DNA of 32,000 bases from Saccharolobus solfataricus (GCF_900079115.1 NZ_LT549890.1:810001-842000), one strand, 5' to 3'; numbered from the stretch's first letter, positions 11,564-23,284 are shown. Numbers and translations are program-made. Notes: generated from the letters alone by a model not told the origin.

Positions 11564-11932
11564 AGCTTTTTCTATGATCCAGCCAGATAATTTACTGCAA
11601 GTTTGTGGACTTACATGTATTCCATTTCCACATTTGGTTAAGCTTTTACAACTTAAGCAAGGAATTTCATCTAAACCATTAAGATTTATATAAATGTTTA
11701 TATTATAATTATTATCAACAGCAAATAGTTTTACTATATTTTTCCCATTTTCTTTCACTGCTTTTTTAATAATTAGTTTCTTCTCGACTAATCTTTTTAT
11801 AATACTACTAATTTCTCTTATAGGCAAACCAACGGATCTAGCAAGTTCCTGTTGTGAAATCCCCTTTTCTCCCATTTCTTTTATCTTTTTATGTACTATT
11901 GCTTCATAATTACTTGTTGAATCTGATTCCAT
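11555..11932 (-). CDS. tfeB: Winged-helix protein with C-terminal 4-Cys (Fe-S type) module; TFE-beta / RPC39-like transcription factor candidate
   Basis: wHTH segment [31 protein letters not shown], followed by CLSC-x5-C-x11-C. The size (125 aa) and architecture match what I recall of crenarchaeal TFE-beta. A TATA-rich ATATATATATTTTA lies about 30 nt upstream of the ATG. Confidence 0.6.
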   Translation of the reverse strand: MESDSTSNYEAIVHKKIKEMGEKGISQQELARSVGLPIREISSIIKRLVEKKLIIKKAVKENGKNIVKLFAVDNNYNINIYINLNGLDEIPCLSCKSLTKCGNGIHVSPQTCSKLSGWIIEKALS

Positions 11933-12114
11933 CTTCTACACCCGTGTTGGCTAAAATATATATATGTATTCCACGCTTATTTATTTTACTGTTTTTAATG
12001 AGTACGTTAAACACTCCTTACTGATGATTGATCACTTTTTAATACTTTTACTTATAATTAACATTTAAAACAAATAAATTCTTCTTATAACAATTTTATT
12101 TAATTCGGCAAAAA

Positions 12115-12996
12115 TCATAATGTAACTACAATGTCAAAATTATCCACGATATCTTTATATCTATTCCTTATAGTTACTTCGGTAATATCTAATGAATCTG
12201 CAACTTCTTTCTGCGTCTTTTTTATATCCATTAATGCTGATATTAAGTAAACGGAAGCTGCGCTCAAAGATAAGTATCCTTTACCACTTGTTAACCCTTG
12301 CTTATGCATAAGGTCTACTAATTCAGATGCCTTTGTTCCTATAATTGGAGGTAAATTTAGTTTATATAATATCTTCGGTATATATTCTGCTGGTTTTATT
12401 TTAGGACGAAAGCCTGGTATTGAATTTGCAACATATTGGACTCTTTTCAACGCGCTCCAAAATTCACTAGAAGATATGGAATATCTAACTTTAAATTCTT
12501 GGAGATGTCTCGGTATGTTGTTTACTTGGCAAGAATAGTATAAGGCGGCTACTATTAACGTATACTGATCAATCCTTTTAGTTAGTCCAGTTTCTACCAT
12601 TTTCCTTATTATTAAGGATGCAGTCTCTTTGACATGTTCTGGCAATTCTAACTTTGAGCTCTCATCATTTAAAATTGAAAGTAAGGTGACTAGCTTTTTA
12701 TCCTTAGGCGATACACGTATTTTATTTTGCATTCTTTGCATTTTCAATGTTTTTAGTCTATCTTTAGCCCTACCGTACCCTATTATAGTATGAAATCCCC
12801 AGTCATGTACTTTTGGAGTGCTTGGACTACCTACTCTTTCTTTTTCATTTCTGTCTTTTGCGTTATAGGCTCTCCAATCTGGACCAGGATCTACTGCACT
12901 ATCCTCTATTACGCTGGCACAATTTGTACAAACGTACATTCCTTTTTCCACATCATAAGTTATTGCATTATCTGTTTTACAATATGGGCATTTCAT
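12115..12996 (-). CDS. tfb: Transcription initiation factor B paralogue (TFIIB homologue; divergent, TFB2-type)
   Basis: N-terminal Zn ribbon CPYC...CTNC, a B-linker DPGPDWRAY, two cyclin-fold repeats and a C-terminal [23 protein letters not shown]. Its ATG overlaps the gar1 stop (ATGA). Confidence 0.9.
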   Translation of the reverse strand: MKCPYCKTDNAITYDVEKGMYVCTNCASVIEDSAVDPGPDWRAYNAKDRNEKERVGSPSTPKVHDWGFHTIIGYGRAKDRLKTLKMQRMQNKIRVSPKDKKLVTLLSILNDESSKLELPEHVKETASLIIRKMVETGLTKRIDQYTLIVAALYYSCQVNNIPRHLQEFKVRYSISSSEFWSALKRVQYVANSIPGFRPKIKPAEYIPKILYKLNLPPIIGTKASELVDLMHKQGLTSGKGYLSLSAASVYLISALMDIKKTQKEVADSLDITEVTIRNRYKDIVDNFDIVVTL

Positions 12997-13265
12997 TTTC
13001 TTGACCTCCTCTCGCTGTGGTTTACAAATATTTTTTCAGTTTCCGAAATTTCTAAATCTTTATCTAACATAGCTAGAGCATATGGTTCTTTTACGTTTCC
13101 TAACACGTCTAAGATTTTTCCTATTTTCTGCCCATTTCTATTGTATATAGCTTTTCCTATTATGTTATGTCTCGTAAAGTCTATATTACTCCTTAATTTT
13201 ATTAAAATCTTATCTTTTAAAACGTTCTTTGTAAATGTGCCAATTTCATTAAAATCGTTTTTCAT
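12993..13265 (-). CDS. gar1: H/ACA RNP protein Gar1
   Basis: Small beta-barrel protein with [31 protein letters not shown], matching the Gar1 motif IG.V.DvfGpv..PY. The gar1-tfb linkage is common in archaea. Confidence 0.85.
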   Translation of the reverse strand: MKNDFNEIGTFTKNVLKDKILIKLRSNIDFTRHNIIGKAIYNRNGQKIGKILDVLGNVKEPYALAMLDKDLEISETEKIFVNHSERRSRK

Positions 13266-13419
13266 CTCATTTTTATGTTACGCGTATATAGGTTTATTAT
13301 TAATTGTTGATAATACCTATGTATTCATATTAGTTGGTTAAGGACATTTTTAGGACTTGCTGAAGGTTATTATGTGGGAAATAGTTATTTATACGTATTC
13401 GCTACTAAAATAGACAAGA

Positions 13420-14316
13420 ATGTCATCCATATCAGCGGACACAGACGAATTATATAAGAAGATATCTGAGCTCAAAGAGAATATAGTTAGACTAAAGCAA
13501 CTCAAGTTAGAACTTATTGAAAAGGTCAAAAAAATGAGAGAGAAAAGGAGGGAAAAAATAGCCAAAGTAAAAGAGTTGACGCAGCAAATTAACGTAGTAA
13601 GGCAAGAGTATAAAATGAAATTAGAGGAATTTAACCAGCTTAAAGAGAGGAGAAAAAATCTGATTGAAATAATTCAGCAAATTAGAAAAGATTTCGAAGA
13701 AGTTAAAAAACTTTCTTCTAATAACCTAGGTAATCCAGATTCGATAGAGAGGAAAATAAGGGAGCTAGAATGGAAATTACAAACCAGTTCTCTTACATTA
13801 GAGGAAGAGAAAAAAGTTATACAGAGAATTGCTGAACTAGAGAAGAAATTACAAGATGCTAAAAAGATTATGAAAATAAAGGAGAAGAGAACTGAAGAAA
13901 AAGCCGAATTACTAGCTAAAAAGGTTGAGCTGAATACAATTAGGGAAAGGATTAAGACACTTATAAATGAGATAACAGAAAAGAAGAATATTATAAAGAA
14001 ACTAGTTGAAGAGAGAAATAAATTAAGAGATGAGATAAATGGTTTAAACAATGAAATAGAAAATATTTCCAAGCAGATAGAAGAGTTAAATGTAGAAATT
14101 AAAAACAAGAGTAATGAGCTAAATGAGGCCCAGAGGGCATTAAAAAGCCTTCAAGAAAATCCAGTACAAGTCAATACTACTGAGTTCATTGAGAAAAAGA
14201 AGAAGAGTATAGAGGAGAAGCTTAAGCAGAATAAGAGGTTATCTTTTGAAGAATTTTTAATACTTTATGGGGAAGTAGATAATAAGGATGGTAAAGACAA
14301 TAGTAATATACGTTGA
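13420..14316 (+). CDS. Long coiled-coil protein (K/E/L/I-rich heptad repeats), function unknown
   Basis: 298 aa that are almost entirely heptad-like and charged (for example KIRELEWKLQTSSLTLEEEKKVIQRIAELEKKLQDAKK). It overlaps the next gene by 29 nt. Confidence 0.7.
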   Translation: MSSISADTDELYKKISELKENIVRLKQLKLELIEKVKKMREKRREKIAKVKELTQQINVVRQEYKMKLEEFNQLKERRKNLIEIIQQIRKDFEEVKKLSSNNLGNPDSIERKIRELEWKLQTSSLTLEEEKKVIQRIAELEKKLQDAKKIMKIKEKRTEEKAELLAKKVELNTIRERIKTLINEITEKKNIIKKLVEERNKLRDEINGLNNEIENISKQIEELNVEIKNKSNELNEAQRALKSLQENPVQVNTTEFIEKKKKSIEEKLKQNKRLSFEEFLILYGEVDNKDGKDNSNIR

Positions 14317-15355
14317 TATTGATGATGATATAGGAGATTTAGGGTTTTCTACACCAATTATAGGAGAGGAGAAATGTAAGCTAACACTTGATAAAGCAGC
14401 GTATTTTATGCCGACAGATTCTGATTTTAATTCGATGGTAGTAGCATTCAATATTTATACTGATCTAAAAAGAAAAGGGGAAGACACTGAGATAGTTTTC
14501 ATATCGGGGTCAAAAAAGGGTGGTACTGAGTCACAGTTAGAATTTTCAAAAAAATTAGACAAAGTAATTGAGGAGTTATCGCCAGAATATGCGGTAGTAG
14601 TCTATGATAGTCCAGATGATGCTCGCGCGATACCTATAATTCAATCCAGATTAAAGATTTCTGCGGTTCAGCAAGTAATCGTAGAGCAGTATAGGGGAGT
14701 AGAGGAGACATATATGCTCCTTGCAAAATATATAAGAAAAGCCGTAACGGAAAAGAGATATGCAAGAGTTTTCTTAGGTGTACCTGGCATAATATTAGCA
14801 TTAGCTGGAATATTAGCTGCTCTGAATTTGTCAGTTTACATAGAACCGACAATATTAATTATACTAGGAGTCGCAATGGTTATAAAAGGTCTCAAAATAG
14901 ACGATCTTATAGAGAGTTGGTGGGAGAATTCCACAATAATGGTGATAACGGCTACAGTATCTATTATCTCTCTTTTAATAGGTGTGATTAACCTTTATAT
15001 ACAACTTCAGATAGTTAGGGGACTAAGTAGTATACAAGAATTTGCTTTTATAATTCTTCAAATTTTACCATATGCTTCATTTTCCGCCATAATCTTGTTT
15101 GGTGGTAAGGCTATCTCGAAGGGATTAAATAGAGATATTAGGGTATGGCATGATATAATTAAAATCATAAATATCGTTATAATTTATTTCATATTATTTA
15201 CTGTTGTGAAAGACATTATAGATAATACTTATATTCTAACTTTTCAATCATTATATACTCTAATATTGGCTTCTATAGTTATCATTTCAATATATATTAC
15301 CTTAACGGCATTAGAAAAATATGGAATTCTGGAGAAACTCATAAAAAGAATCTAG
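14288..15355 (+). CDS. Integral membrane protein with an N-terminal soluble domain (DUF373-like)
   Basis: The N-terminal roughly 150 aa are soluble (VIYVDIDDDIGD...). They are followed by about 6-7 hydrophobic helices (FLGVPGIILALAGILAALNL, ILIILGVAMVI, ITATVSIISLLIGVINLYI, and others). Confidence 0.7.
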   Translation: MVKTIVIYVDIDDDIGDLGFSTPIIGEEKCKLTLDKAAYFMPTDSDFNSMVVAFNIYTDLKRKGEDTEIVFISGSKKGGTESQLEFSKKLDKVIEELSPEYAVVVYDSPDDARAIPIIQSRLKISAVQQVIVEQYRGVEETYMLLAKYIRKAVTEKRYARVFLGVPGIILALAGILAALNLSVYIEPTILIILGVAMVIKGLKIDDLIESWWENSTIMVITATVSIISLLIGVINLYIQLQIVRGLSSIQEFAFIILQILPYASFSAIILFGGKAISKGLNRDIRVWHDIIKIINIVIIYFILFTVVKDIIDNTYILTFQSLYTLILASIVIISIYITLTALEKYGILEKLIKRI

Positions 15356-15548
15356 TTAATTTATCTTTAACTTCTATTGGTAGATTATCCATCTTTATTA
15401 CTATAGCGTTCTTAGGTCTATTCTTACTTACATGACTGGTTAGAACATATTTTTCAACTGAGTTATCGTCCCTTGATTTTAGTATCCTTACTTTAACGTA
15501 TTTGCCATTATTTAGATCTATATAAACGTACTTGCCATGTTTGAGCAT
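15339..15548 (-). CDS. Small basic hypothetical protein, 69 aa
   Basis: A perfect GGTGA (complement of 15555-15559) lies 6 nt upstream of ATG 15548. The composition is non-repetitive. Its 3' end overlaps the convergent membrane-protein gene by 17 nt. Confidence 0.55.
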   Translation of the reverse strand: MLKHGKYVYIDLNNGKYVKVRILKSRDDNSVEKYVLTSHVSKNRPKNAIVIKMDNLPIEVKDKLTRFFL

Positions 15549-15578
15549 TTCTTGTCACCAAAGTTTTAATGTTGTTTA

Positions 15579-16427
15579 GTGTTTATATCGTTTGTGGAAT
15601 ATCTATTAATAGATGCTGGTGGTACATCTACTAAAGTTTTCGTCCATGACGGTGAAAAAATAGTAAGGCAGTACAAATACGAACCAGCAAGTGTAGATAA
15701 AGTGGGTCCCTATAAGTCGGTTCTAAGGCTAAGTAATATAGTCTCAATATTCAATAAGAAATTTGATAGAATTGCAATATCTTTAGCCGGGATCGACAGC
15801 GAGGTTATGGCAAAAGAGGTAAAAGGTCAATTATATCCGCGCTTAAGTAAATATGCAGATAAGGTAATTATAGAACACGACGCTCATGTTGTACTTATGT
15901 CTAATGCAGATAAGGGATGTATAACTATTGCAGGGACTGGTAGTATAGTATATGGTTTTGATGGAAGTCAAAGGATAATAAAGGGCGATAGAGGATGGCT
16001 AGTTGGCGATATATGTTCCGGATTCTGGCTAGGTAGAGAGTTTTTACATGAGTTATTAAGAGAGTTTCAAGGGCTCTCCAATGATAGAAGTTTAACTCAA
16101 TTCTCTACTTTCAAAACTGAAGAGGACTTAGTGAGATTCCTTTATAAAAACTCTTGTAATCCAGCTAAAATAGCCCAATTTTCAGTTAATTTGTTAAACG
16201 CTATAAGGCAAAATAACATAAAGGCAATTAGAATTTTGAACAACTGCATGTCAGAATTCTCTACTTTAGTGCAAATGGTATGTAAAGCTGTAAACTCTAA
16301 TGTGGTATACTATTTTGGTGGAATGTATGAATCGCCAGTTTATGTATCCTTTTTCAAGAGAGAACTAGAGAAGAAGGGAATAAAAAGCGTTAAAAGTAGA
16401 AGTGTAATAAACGGTTTGCTTAGGCTT

Positions 16428-16439
<12 letters not shown>
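15579..16439 (+). CDS. BadF/BadG/BcrA/BcrD-type ATPase (N-acetylglucosamine-kinase-like, ASKHA fold)
   Basis: Phosphate-1 motif [11 protein letters not shown] and [12 protein letters not shown]. The real start is probably GTG 15594 ([10 protein letters not shown]), about 26 nt downstream of TTTTAAT at 15564-15570. Confidence 0.75.
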
Positions 16440-16973
<534 letters not shown>

Positions 16974-17056
16974 AATATTTTCTATATTTACAATGGGTTT
17001 ATACGATACCGCTGAATTGGAGATAAAAGATCACCTTAAAAACTTTTTGATTCTGC

Positions 17057-17066
17057 ATTTATAAAT
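17057..17066 (-). promoter_or_regulatory. TATA box of tbp
   Basis: ATTTATAAAT is centred about 27 nt upstream of GTG 17034-17032 and of the GGTGA at 17035-17031. Confidence 0.55.
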
Positions 17067-17073
17067 CCCTCTT

Positions 17074-17829
17074 TTAAATAAGTACGTTTTTAATTAAGCC
17101 TAATTCTGGGAACTCCATGATGCCTTCTCCCTCAATTATAATATAAGGTTTCGCTTTTTCTAATATGGTATGTTCTTTTATCAAATTACTCATGTAGTTT
17201 GAATGTATTAATGATATGTCATTCCCTGCTTGATATATTCCAATTGCAGGCAATACTATAACTTGAGAGTTTTCCCTTTCTTTTATTGGAATTGATAGAA
17301 AGCATTGCAATTTCCTAGAGAAACCCAACTTATCTCTTATGGATATTCTCGGATGTTCATGACCTATAATGTAAGTCGTATTATTTCTCGGTTCCACTAC
17401 TTTATGTCCATGAGTTATGAGGATTTCTCCAAGATCTAACTCATCAACTAATTTTACATTATCAAATCTTTCCGTAACTAAAGATATGTAGTTATCATGA
17501 TTTCCTCTCACTATCGTAACTTCCACTCCGTTATCCTTTAAATATTTCAATATTTCATTTAATTCCTCTTTTTCTTGTCGAGTAAGTTTTTCAAAGGTAT
17601 GTTTGAAATCTCCGTTTACTATTAGTTTTTTAGTATTAAATACTGAGAGTACTCTATTTGTTATAGTAAAAAATCTTTTTTTCTGTATTCTAGGAATATA
17701 TATACCTTTTCTAGACATCTCTTCTTCATAACCTATATGTACGTCAGATAGGACTACACTATTAGCTTGTTTTACGTAAAGTGCTGGTAAGTCCTCAGCA
17801 ATTAAGATTCCTTTAGCGAGTTCAAGCAT
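17074..17829 (-). CDS. Calcineurin-like metallophosphoesterase (archaeal SbcD/Mre11-related family)
   Basis: All metallophosphoesterase motifs appear in order: [22 protein letters not shown] and GHEHP. A leaderless-type TATA (TATAAAATA) lies about 23 nt upstream of the ATG. Confidence 0.85.
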   Translation of the reverse strand: MLELAKGILIAEDLPALYVKQANSVVLSDVHIGYEEEMSRKGIYIPRIQKKRFFTITNRVLSVFNTKKLIVNGDFKHTFEKLTRQEKEELNEILKYLKDNGVEVTIVRGNHDNYISLVTERFDNVKLVDELDLGEILITHGHKVVEPRNNTTYIIGHEHPRISIRDKLGFSRKLQCFLSIPIKERENSQVIVLPAIGIYQAGNDISLIHSNYMSNLIKEHTILEKAKPYIIIEGEGIMEFPELGLIKNVLI

Positions 17830-17871
17830 TTAAATAAGATAATATTAAACACTATTTTATACATTTTTTCT

Positions 17872-18645
17872 GTGAGCATCTTAAGTCTAGTAGGTCTTGG
17901 AATCTCTAAGAAATTCATAACTGATAGTGCTATAGAGACACTAAGTAATTCTGATATTATAATTTTTGATAGATATACATCTAGATCTTGTGATATAAAT
18001 GTGGACGTATTAAGGAGATTGGTAAAGGGAGAGAGAGAATTCATTGAAGCGGATAGGAGTTTATTAGAAAATAACTCAAAGGCTATCATAGACTATTTAG
18101 ACAAGGGTTATAATGTAAGTATAGCCAGTATTGGAGATGCATTAATAGCCACAACCCATGTTTCGCTACTTATAGAGGCTAAACATCGAGGACATGAGGT
18201 AAAAGTGATTCCAGGGATTTCAGTACATTGCTATCTTATATCAAAGTCTCTATTATCTTCCTATAAATTTGGTAAGTCAGTTACAGTTACATTTCCTTAT
18301 AACGATTTCATAGATCCTACTCCCTATAATGTGATTAAGGATAACAAAGAAAGAGGTCTTCATACCATATTATATCTGGATTTGAAAAACGAGAAAGCAA
18401 TGACTGCTAACGAAGCACTTCAGATCTTATTACGACTTGAAGAGAGGCATAAGAAAAGTGTTCTTTCAAAATCTGATATTATAATAGTTGGTGCTAGATT
18501 AGGGTGTGATGACGAGAGAATTATTGCACTTAAAGTAGAAGAAGCTACTTCATTCGACTTCGGAAATACACCACATATTATTATAATTCCTGGTAACCTT
18601 CATTATATGGAGGCTGATGCTATAAAATGGATATTGAGGAGTTAA
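17872..18645 (+). CDS. dphB: Diphthine synthase
   Basis: Tetrapyrrole-methylase fold with a typical DphB N-terminus LSLVGLGI......A.E.L...[22 protein letters not shown] and [11 protein letters not shown] start. Confidence 0.9.
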   Translation: MSILSLVGLGISKKFITDSAIETLSNSDIIIFDRYTSRSCDINVDVLRRLVKGEREFIEADRSLLENNSKAIIDYLDKGYNVSIASIGDALIATTHVSLLIEAKHRGHEVKVIPGISVHCYLISKSLLSSYKFGKSVTVTFPYNDFIDPTPYNVIKDNKERGLHTILYLDLKNEKAMTANEALQILLRLEERHKKSVLSKSDIIIVGARLGCDDERIIALKVEEATSFDFGNTPHIIIIPGNLHYMEADAIKWILRS

Positions 18646-19307
18646 AGAAAAGGATAGAAAAGTACATTAAAGGAATGGATGAACGATTAAAGGACACTAG
18701 TAGTGCCAACAATAAGGTAGTAGAATTGGCTAGATTATATACTGAGGACGCTAAATACTATTTAGAGAAAGGCGATTACATAACCGCATTAGTTGATGTT
18801 GTTTACGCTGAAGGTTTATTGGATGCAAAGGAGATTTATGAGAACAGTGACCCTAAATCTAATGTATCAAAAAAGGTATTTGTTGCAGGTACCTTTGATA
18901 TATTGCATCCAGGGCATATAGAATTCTTGAAAGAGGCGTCAAAGTATGGAAGAGTTTACGTAACTGTCGCGAGGGACTCTAATTCAGAGAGAATTAAGGG
19001 GAGAAAGCCGATTAACGATGAGCAAACTAGGCTAGAAATTATTAAGAGTATAAGATATGTTTTTGATGCAATATTAGGTGATCAAGAGGATTTTCTAAAA
19101 AGTGTGGAAAGAATAAATCCGGATATCATTTTCCTAGGGCCAGATCAGAAAGTTGACGAGGCCAAGCTTCTTGAGGAATTGAAAAAACGAGGCTTAAGTC
19201 CTCAAATAATCAGATTAAATGAGAGAATAAGGAAATGGTCTCACTCAAGCACAACAGATATAATAAATGAAATTAAAAAGAGGTATTGTAACTTAGAACA
19301 ACGTTAA
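18627..19307 (+). CDS. ribL: FAD synthase (RibL-type cytidylyltransferase-fold nucleotidyltransferase) with an approximately 85-aa N-terminal helical extension
   Basis: Nucleotidyltransferase motif [18 protein letters not shown] plus ...IRYV.. and GPDQ. Convergent neighbour of the riboflavin kinase gene. Overlaps dphB by 19 nt. Confidence 0.7.
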   Translation: MDIEELKKRIEKYIKGMDERLKDTSSANNKVVELARLYTEDAKYYLEKGDYITALVDVVYAEGLLDAKEIYENSDPKSNVSKKVFVAGTFDILHPGHIEFLKEASKYGRVYVTVARDSNSERIKGRKPINDEQTRLEIIKSIRYVFDAILGDQEDFLKSVERINPDIIFLGPDQKVDEAKLLEELKKRGLSPQIIRLNERIRKWSHSSTTDIINEIKKRYCNLEQR

Positions 19308-19831
19308 ACATAAACTTCTATTGTTACCTCATCGCCGTCTTTTAAATTCAATTTTTCTCTCAGATGGAATGGAGAGATTATCTCTATTACGCTCTTTGGA
19401 TGTGTAGTTCTTAAAGGAATAACTACTGCGGCTGGTGTTAATTTATTAATTGCGGCTGGATATAATTTAACTGCACCTAATACTCTATCCTTTTGTTTAT
19501 ATTCAGGGACCATTAGAGAAGGTGATGAATCTAAGAGTAATCTGTTTTCTAGGGATGCTTTATCGTATATTACAATATTTAGAGTACCTGGAAACGGATC
19601 AAACCCCATTATTTTATTTATTTGGCTTTTGTAGTACTCCATTGATAGAAATATTTTACCTTCTCCAAGTCCAGATACAATATTCCCCTTTATTTCAATA
19701 CTATGAAGCGACAATATGGCATCTTTTAAGCTACTTAAACATGAACTCAAAAATCTTTCTCCTTCTTCTGTCAATCTTATAATCTCTCCTTCTTTAGATA
19801 TTATTCTAACTATTAACTTATCATCTTCCAA
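19304..19831 (-). CDS. ribK: CTP-dependent archaeal riboflavin kinase; the ORF as given starts at TTG inside a winged-helix domain whose first 44 codons lie upstream without a canonical start (see findings)
   Basis: The kinase core [35 protein letters not shown] matches the MJ0056-type GxGEGxxF...PGTLN motif. An [28 protein letters not shown] lies in the same frame upstream of 19831. Confidence 0.85.
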   Translation of the reverse strand: MEDDKLIVRIISKEGEIIRLTEEGERFLSSCLSSLKDAILSLHSIEIKGNIVSGLGEGKIFLSMEYYKSQINKIMGFDPFPGTLNIVIYDKASLENRLLLDSSPSLMVPEYKQKDRVLGAVKLYPAAINKLTPAAVVIPLRTTHPKSVIEIISPFHLREKLNLKDGDEVTIEVYV

Positions 19832-19963
19832 TTCCTTTAGTTTGCGTGATATTGACTGCTGTGAGAAATTAAGTAACTTAGCTAGCTCTGATTGTGTTAC
19901 GTACGATTTGCCCCTTGAGTAGGCTATTATTTTAGCTAATATACAAGCGTTTGACTCATCTTT

Positions 19964-21061
19964 TCAAGTTGATCCCTCTGTACAACCTTGTTCTGCTTCC
20001 TTATATTCTCCACTCATATCGTCCTCCATATCAATGGTAGACCAATTCCATTTTTCATTCCACGCATTCCCAATCTTAATCGGCTTATCCAATTTACTTA
20101 ATAGAACTATTCTACTGGGCACGTGTTCTGATAAGATTTTATATCCAGTATATTGTCCTAAGATTTTAGCAAATTCTCTAATCTCTTTATGTTTTGGCAT
20201 AGCGTCTCTACTTAATCTATAGGTCGATGGTCCCACGTGCATGTAAGCTTTAATCTCTATATATGTAGGCATGGCAATTTCCATTAACTTCGCAAATTCT
20301 TTTGCATCTTGTTCACTCATATTGTACCCCTTTATCATTGTAAATCTTATTACCGTTGGAGAACTAAAACTAGGTAAGATCTCTAGGGTCTTCATAACTA
20401 GTTGCCAAGAATTAGCTACTACTGGTCTGTTAATCATCTTATGTTTTATCTCATTCGGAGCTTGTAGAGATACAAATAACTGAGTAGGCTCTTCTTCTAA
20501 GCTTGCCAATATGTCTGGCCTTACGCCACTTGTTACAAGAAAGGTTGTCATACCTCTTTTGTGATACTCCTTGATGAGATCACCCAGTTTTTCATAAAGT
20601 GTGGGTTCTCCAGTTAAACTTATTGCGACATGTGCGGGTTTCATCGCATCTTTTACTTTTTGAATACTAACATCATTTCTTCCTAAATATCCAGAAACGG
20701 CCTTCCTATGTTCTTCTATACTCCTTTCGACAATATATTCTGGATCATCATATGCGGGCATTTTCGTATCGTCCCACTCTAGTCCAACATCCTCTGGTTC
20801 TAATCTCCAACAATGTACGCATCTAAACCAGCACCAAGCCGCAGTTGGAGTCATCTGTACACATCTATGGCTCTCAATTCCATAGAATTTTCCCTTATAA
20901 CAAGATCTGTTGGCTACAAGGGCAGAATGAGTCCAATGACACTTCTTATATGCACTATGAGTTCCAATGATATGGTACTTTTCTTTTTGTAACTCCTTGA
21001 ATATCTCACTTACTGTATCGATCCTTAAATTACTTTGCATATTGTACATTCTATCGCACAT
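19964..21061 (-). CDS. taw1: tRNA 4-demethylwyosine synthase (radical SAM, TYW1/Taw1)
   Basis: [25 protein letters not shown], and [10 protein letters not shown] (radical SAM cluster), then [10 protein letters not shown]. The start may be an internal ATG (M5 or M8). Confidence 0.9.
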   Translation of the reverse strand: MCDRMYNMQSNLRIDTVSEIFKELQKEKYHIIGTHSAYKKCHWTHSALVANRSCYKGKFYGIESHRCVQMTPTAAWCWFRCVHCWRLEPEDVGLEWDDTKMPAYDDPEYIVERSIEEHRKAVSGYLGRNDVSIQKVKDAMKPAHVAISLTGEPTLYEKLGDLIKEYHKRGMTTFLVTSGVRPDILASLEEEPTQLFVSLQAPNEIKHKMINRPVVANSWQLVMKTLEILPSFSSPTVIRFTMIKGYNMSEQDAKEFAKLMEIAMPTYIEIKAYMHVGPSTYRLSRDAMPKHKEIREFAKILGQYTGYKILSEHVPSRIVLLSKLDKPIKIGNAWNEKWNWSTIDMEDDMSGEYKEAEQGCTEGST

Positions 21062-21076
21062 AGGATTAAAAAATTA

Positions 21077-22513
21077 TTAGATCTTAACTGATGCGGTTAA
21101 ATTGTACAATTTTGTTATATTTCTCTCTATAAAGGATGATATGTTAATTAAATAAATATCTGACAAATATTTACCCATTAACTGTAATCCTATTGGAAGG
21201 TCACTGTAAAATCCTACCGGCATTGATAGTGCTGGTATTGCAGCTAAGTTAGCTATCACGGTATTTAGATCCATTGCGTACATTCTAACCGGATCATTAA
21301 TTACCTCACCTATCTTAGGCGGTAGTATAGGCATTGTAGGAGAGAGCAAAATATCATACTTTTTGAATAATTCGTCCAAGTTCTTCTTGATTAAATTTCT
21401 AACCTTTAATGCCTTGAGGTAAAATTCCTCATAATATCCAGCACTTAAGATAAAACTGCCAAGAAGAATCCTCCTCTTTACCTCCATACCAAACGCTTCT
21501 CCTCTATTTTTAGCATAAACTTCACGCCAATTCCCTTCCATATACTTACTGTATCCATACCTAACTCCATCATATCTTGCCAAATTAGAGCTTGCTTCAG
21601 ACATTGCAATTATGTAATATGCTGGTAGTGCGTATTCCGCATTACCTAGTTTAGTATCTTCAATTAAAGCCCCTTCGCTAGATAGTTTATTTACAACATC
21701 TTTTATCACACCGGATACTGGTTTTTCCGACATTTCTAAAATGTCACTAAGAACACCTATCCTAACGTTTTTTACGCTTCGTTCCTTTAACTCAAAATTT
21801 AGATTTAAGTTAATTGTAGTAGCGTCCCTCTCATCTGGTCCAGCAATTATTGAGAAAAGCAATCCTAAGTCTTCGGCATTTCTAGCCATTGGTCCTATTT
21901 GTTCTAAACTATTTGCGTAAGCTACTAGACCAAATCTACTCACTGTACCATAAGACGGCTTTAAACCAAAAATGGCATTATATGCTGCAGGTGCTCTTAT
22001 GGAACCTCCAGTGTCACTACCTAACGCCAATTCGACATAACCAGCCGCTAGAGCTGCTCCGCTGCCTCCAGATGATCCCCCAGGAGTTCTTTCTAAGTCC
22101 CAAGGATTTCTAGTAGGACCGAAATAACTAGTTTCTGTAGTTGAACCCATAGCGAATTCGTCCATGTTGGTTTTTCCAATGATTACTGCCCCTTCCTTCT
22201 TTAATTTTTCTATCACTGTAGCATCGTATGGAGGTATGTAATCTTCTAACATCTTTGACGCACAAGTAGTTCTAATTCCCTCAGTCGAGATGTTATCCTT
22301 AATTGCAATTAGGACTCCTGCTAATTTACCCCCTTTGTTAATGCTTTCTTTTACTTCCTTTAATACCTCTTCCTTACTTCTGATAGTTATAAACGCATTA
22401 ATATATTTGTCATATTTGCCTATTTTCTCATACGTTCTCTCGATGTACTCTTCAGCTTCTAAGTTCTTATTTCTCAAATCGTTGACTAAGTCTACTATCA
22501 TAATTCTATTCAC
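21077..22513 (-). CDS. gatA: Asp/Glu-tRNA amidotransferase subunit A (amidase signature family)
   Basis: Amidase signature [14 protein letters not shown]...[13 protein letters not shown]. The GTG at 22513 is itself part of a GGTGA located 8 nt upstream of ATG 22501, so MIVDLVNDL... (start 22501) is at least as likely. Confidence 0.95.
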   Translation of the reverse strand: MNRIMIVDLVNDLRNKNLEAEEYIERTYEKIGKYDKYINAFITIRSKEEVLKEVKESINKGGKLAGVLIAIKDNISTEGIRTTCASKMLEDYIPPYDATVIEKLKKEGAVIIGKTNMDEFAMGSTTETSYFGPTRNPWDLERTPGGSSGGSGAALAAGYVELALGSDTGGSIRAPAAYNAIFGLKPSYGTVSRFGLVAYANSLEQIGPMARNAEDLGLLFSIIAGPDERDATTINLNLNFELKERSVKNVRIGVLSDILEMSEKPVSGVIKDVVNKLSSEGALIEDTKLGNAEYALPAYYIIAMSEASSNLARYDGVRYGYSKYMEGNWREVYAKNRGEAFGMEVKRRILLGSFILSAGYYEEFYLKALKVRNLIKKNLDELFKKYDILLSPTMPILPPKIGEVINDPVRMYAMDLNTVIANLAAIPALSMPVGFYSDLPIGLQLMGKYLSDIYLINISSFIERNITKLYNLTASVKI

Positions 22514-22799
22514 CGTAAGTTCTAGGTCCTACTATATACCCATCTTCCTTTCTTTTCACATTTTTAAGAGCATTTTCCCTGTCTAATGGATCCCTTGGAA
22601 CATCTTTCCTTAGTCTTCCTTGAGGAAGAGGATGAAATAGTGGTTCTACATTACTTAAATCAAGCTCGTTGATCTTTTCAAAGAATTTTATGATATTAGC
22701 TAGATCCTTTTCCAATATTTTTTCTTCTTCACCGCTTAATTGAATTAAGGATAAGTTTTCCAAGTGTTTAATTAAATTCTCATTGACCTCTATTTTCAT
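22506..22799 (-). CDS. gatC: Asp/Glu-tRNA amidotransferase subunit C
   Basis: 97-aa protein immediately upstream of gatA, with a typical GatC pattern ([15 protein letters not shown]...L..I..F...I.ELD...VEP). TATA AAAATATAAA lies about 24 nt upstream of the ATG. Confidence 0.85.
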   Translation of the reverse strand: MKIEVNENLIKHLENLSLIQLSGEEEKILEKDLANIIKFFEKINELDLSNVEPLFHPLPQGRLRKDVPRDPLDRENALKNVKRKEDGYIVGPRTYGE

Positions 22800-22880
22800 T
22801 AATAACAGTTTTAGAGAACTAGTTTATATTTTCATTCAGCAAAAAACCTGTCCTAAGTTAAATCTAATGTTCACGATACA

Positions 22881-22887
22881 TTTTAAA
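22881..22887 (+). promoter_or_regulatory. TATA box for the 123-aa ORF / xpb transcription unit
   Basis: TTTTAAA is centred about 26-29 nt upstream of GTG 22913, consistent with leaderless geometry. Confidence 0.45.
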
Positions 22888-22912
22888 CTACCTTTTTCCT
22901 ATCATAATATTT

Positions 22913-23284
22913 GTGAAGATAGAGGACTTAATCACAAATTTACCTTGGATGGGATTAGAAGAGGCTTTACATTATGGTTTCTCTGAAGCAGAGGCTCTAG
23001 GTAAGAACTTTCTAGGTATAACTTTAGATAATGGAGATGGTCTGATTTTATATATAAATCCGTTTTTAAATGATATATATAAATTACTTTTAATGAGTAA
23101 GTCTAGATATAATTTACCTTCGATAGGTGTTTTCTCAAATTTTAATGGTGACAAATACTTTATTTATGATGTAGAGGATATCTCGGAACTTATAAATACT
23201 CTAGGTTCTAATTTAAAGGTTATATATGTTGAAGTGATTAAAAATGTCCTCGAGGACTTTCTATATCAAACAATGGTTAGATGA
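22913..23284 (+). CDS. Hypothetical 123-aa acidic protein, co-transcribed with and overlapping xpb
   Basis: GTG start at the predicted TSS of a good TATA box. Its 3' end overlaps xpb by 41 nt. The xpb ATG has its own GTGA SD-like motif 6 nt upstream, inside this ORF. Confidence 0.55.
   Translation: MKIEDLITNLPWMGLEEALHYGFSEAEALGKNFLGITLDNGDGLILYINPFLNDIYKLLLMSKSRYNLPSIGVFSNFNGDKYFIYDVEDISELINTLGSNLKVIYVEVIKNVLEDFLYQTMVR

Noticed and set aside
11933-12114. The 182-nt non-coding gap downstream of tfb, inspected for tRNA, sRNA and small ORFs (contains CUGAUGA and a weak hairpin TTTAATG-AGTA-CGTTAAA)
   Set aside because: There is no box D, no tRNA-like cloverleaf segments, and only ORFs of 10 codons or fewer. 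The hairpin is AT-rich with a G-T pair and could arise by chance. It is kept only as a remark in the transcription-factor finding.
12790-14108. ORFs 12790-13341 (+), 12813-13004 (+) and 13674-14108 (-)
   Set aside because: These are shadow frames opposite tfb/gar1 and opposite the coiled-coil gene. The 13674-14108 product is a poly-F/S/I mirror image of the K/E-rich coiled coil.
22859-22873. A 15-nt exact repeat TAAATCTAATGTTCA, also present at 30353-30367
   Set aside because: In an AT-rich 32-kb window, one to a few 15-mers are expected to recur by chance by my rough estimate. The flanks diverge immediately. The two copies sit in different contexts: upstream of the xpb-unit TATA, versus the D-box end of the sRNA candidate and the alba2 promoter.
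22783-22986. 67-aa plus-strand ORF spanning the gatC/123-aa-ORF intergenic region
   Set aside because: It starts inside gatC antisense sequence, runs through the promoter/TATA of the 123-aa gene, and is out of frame with it. No signals support it.
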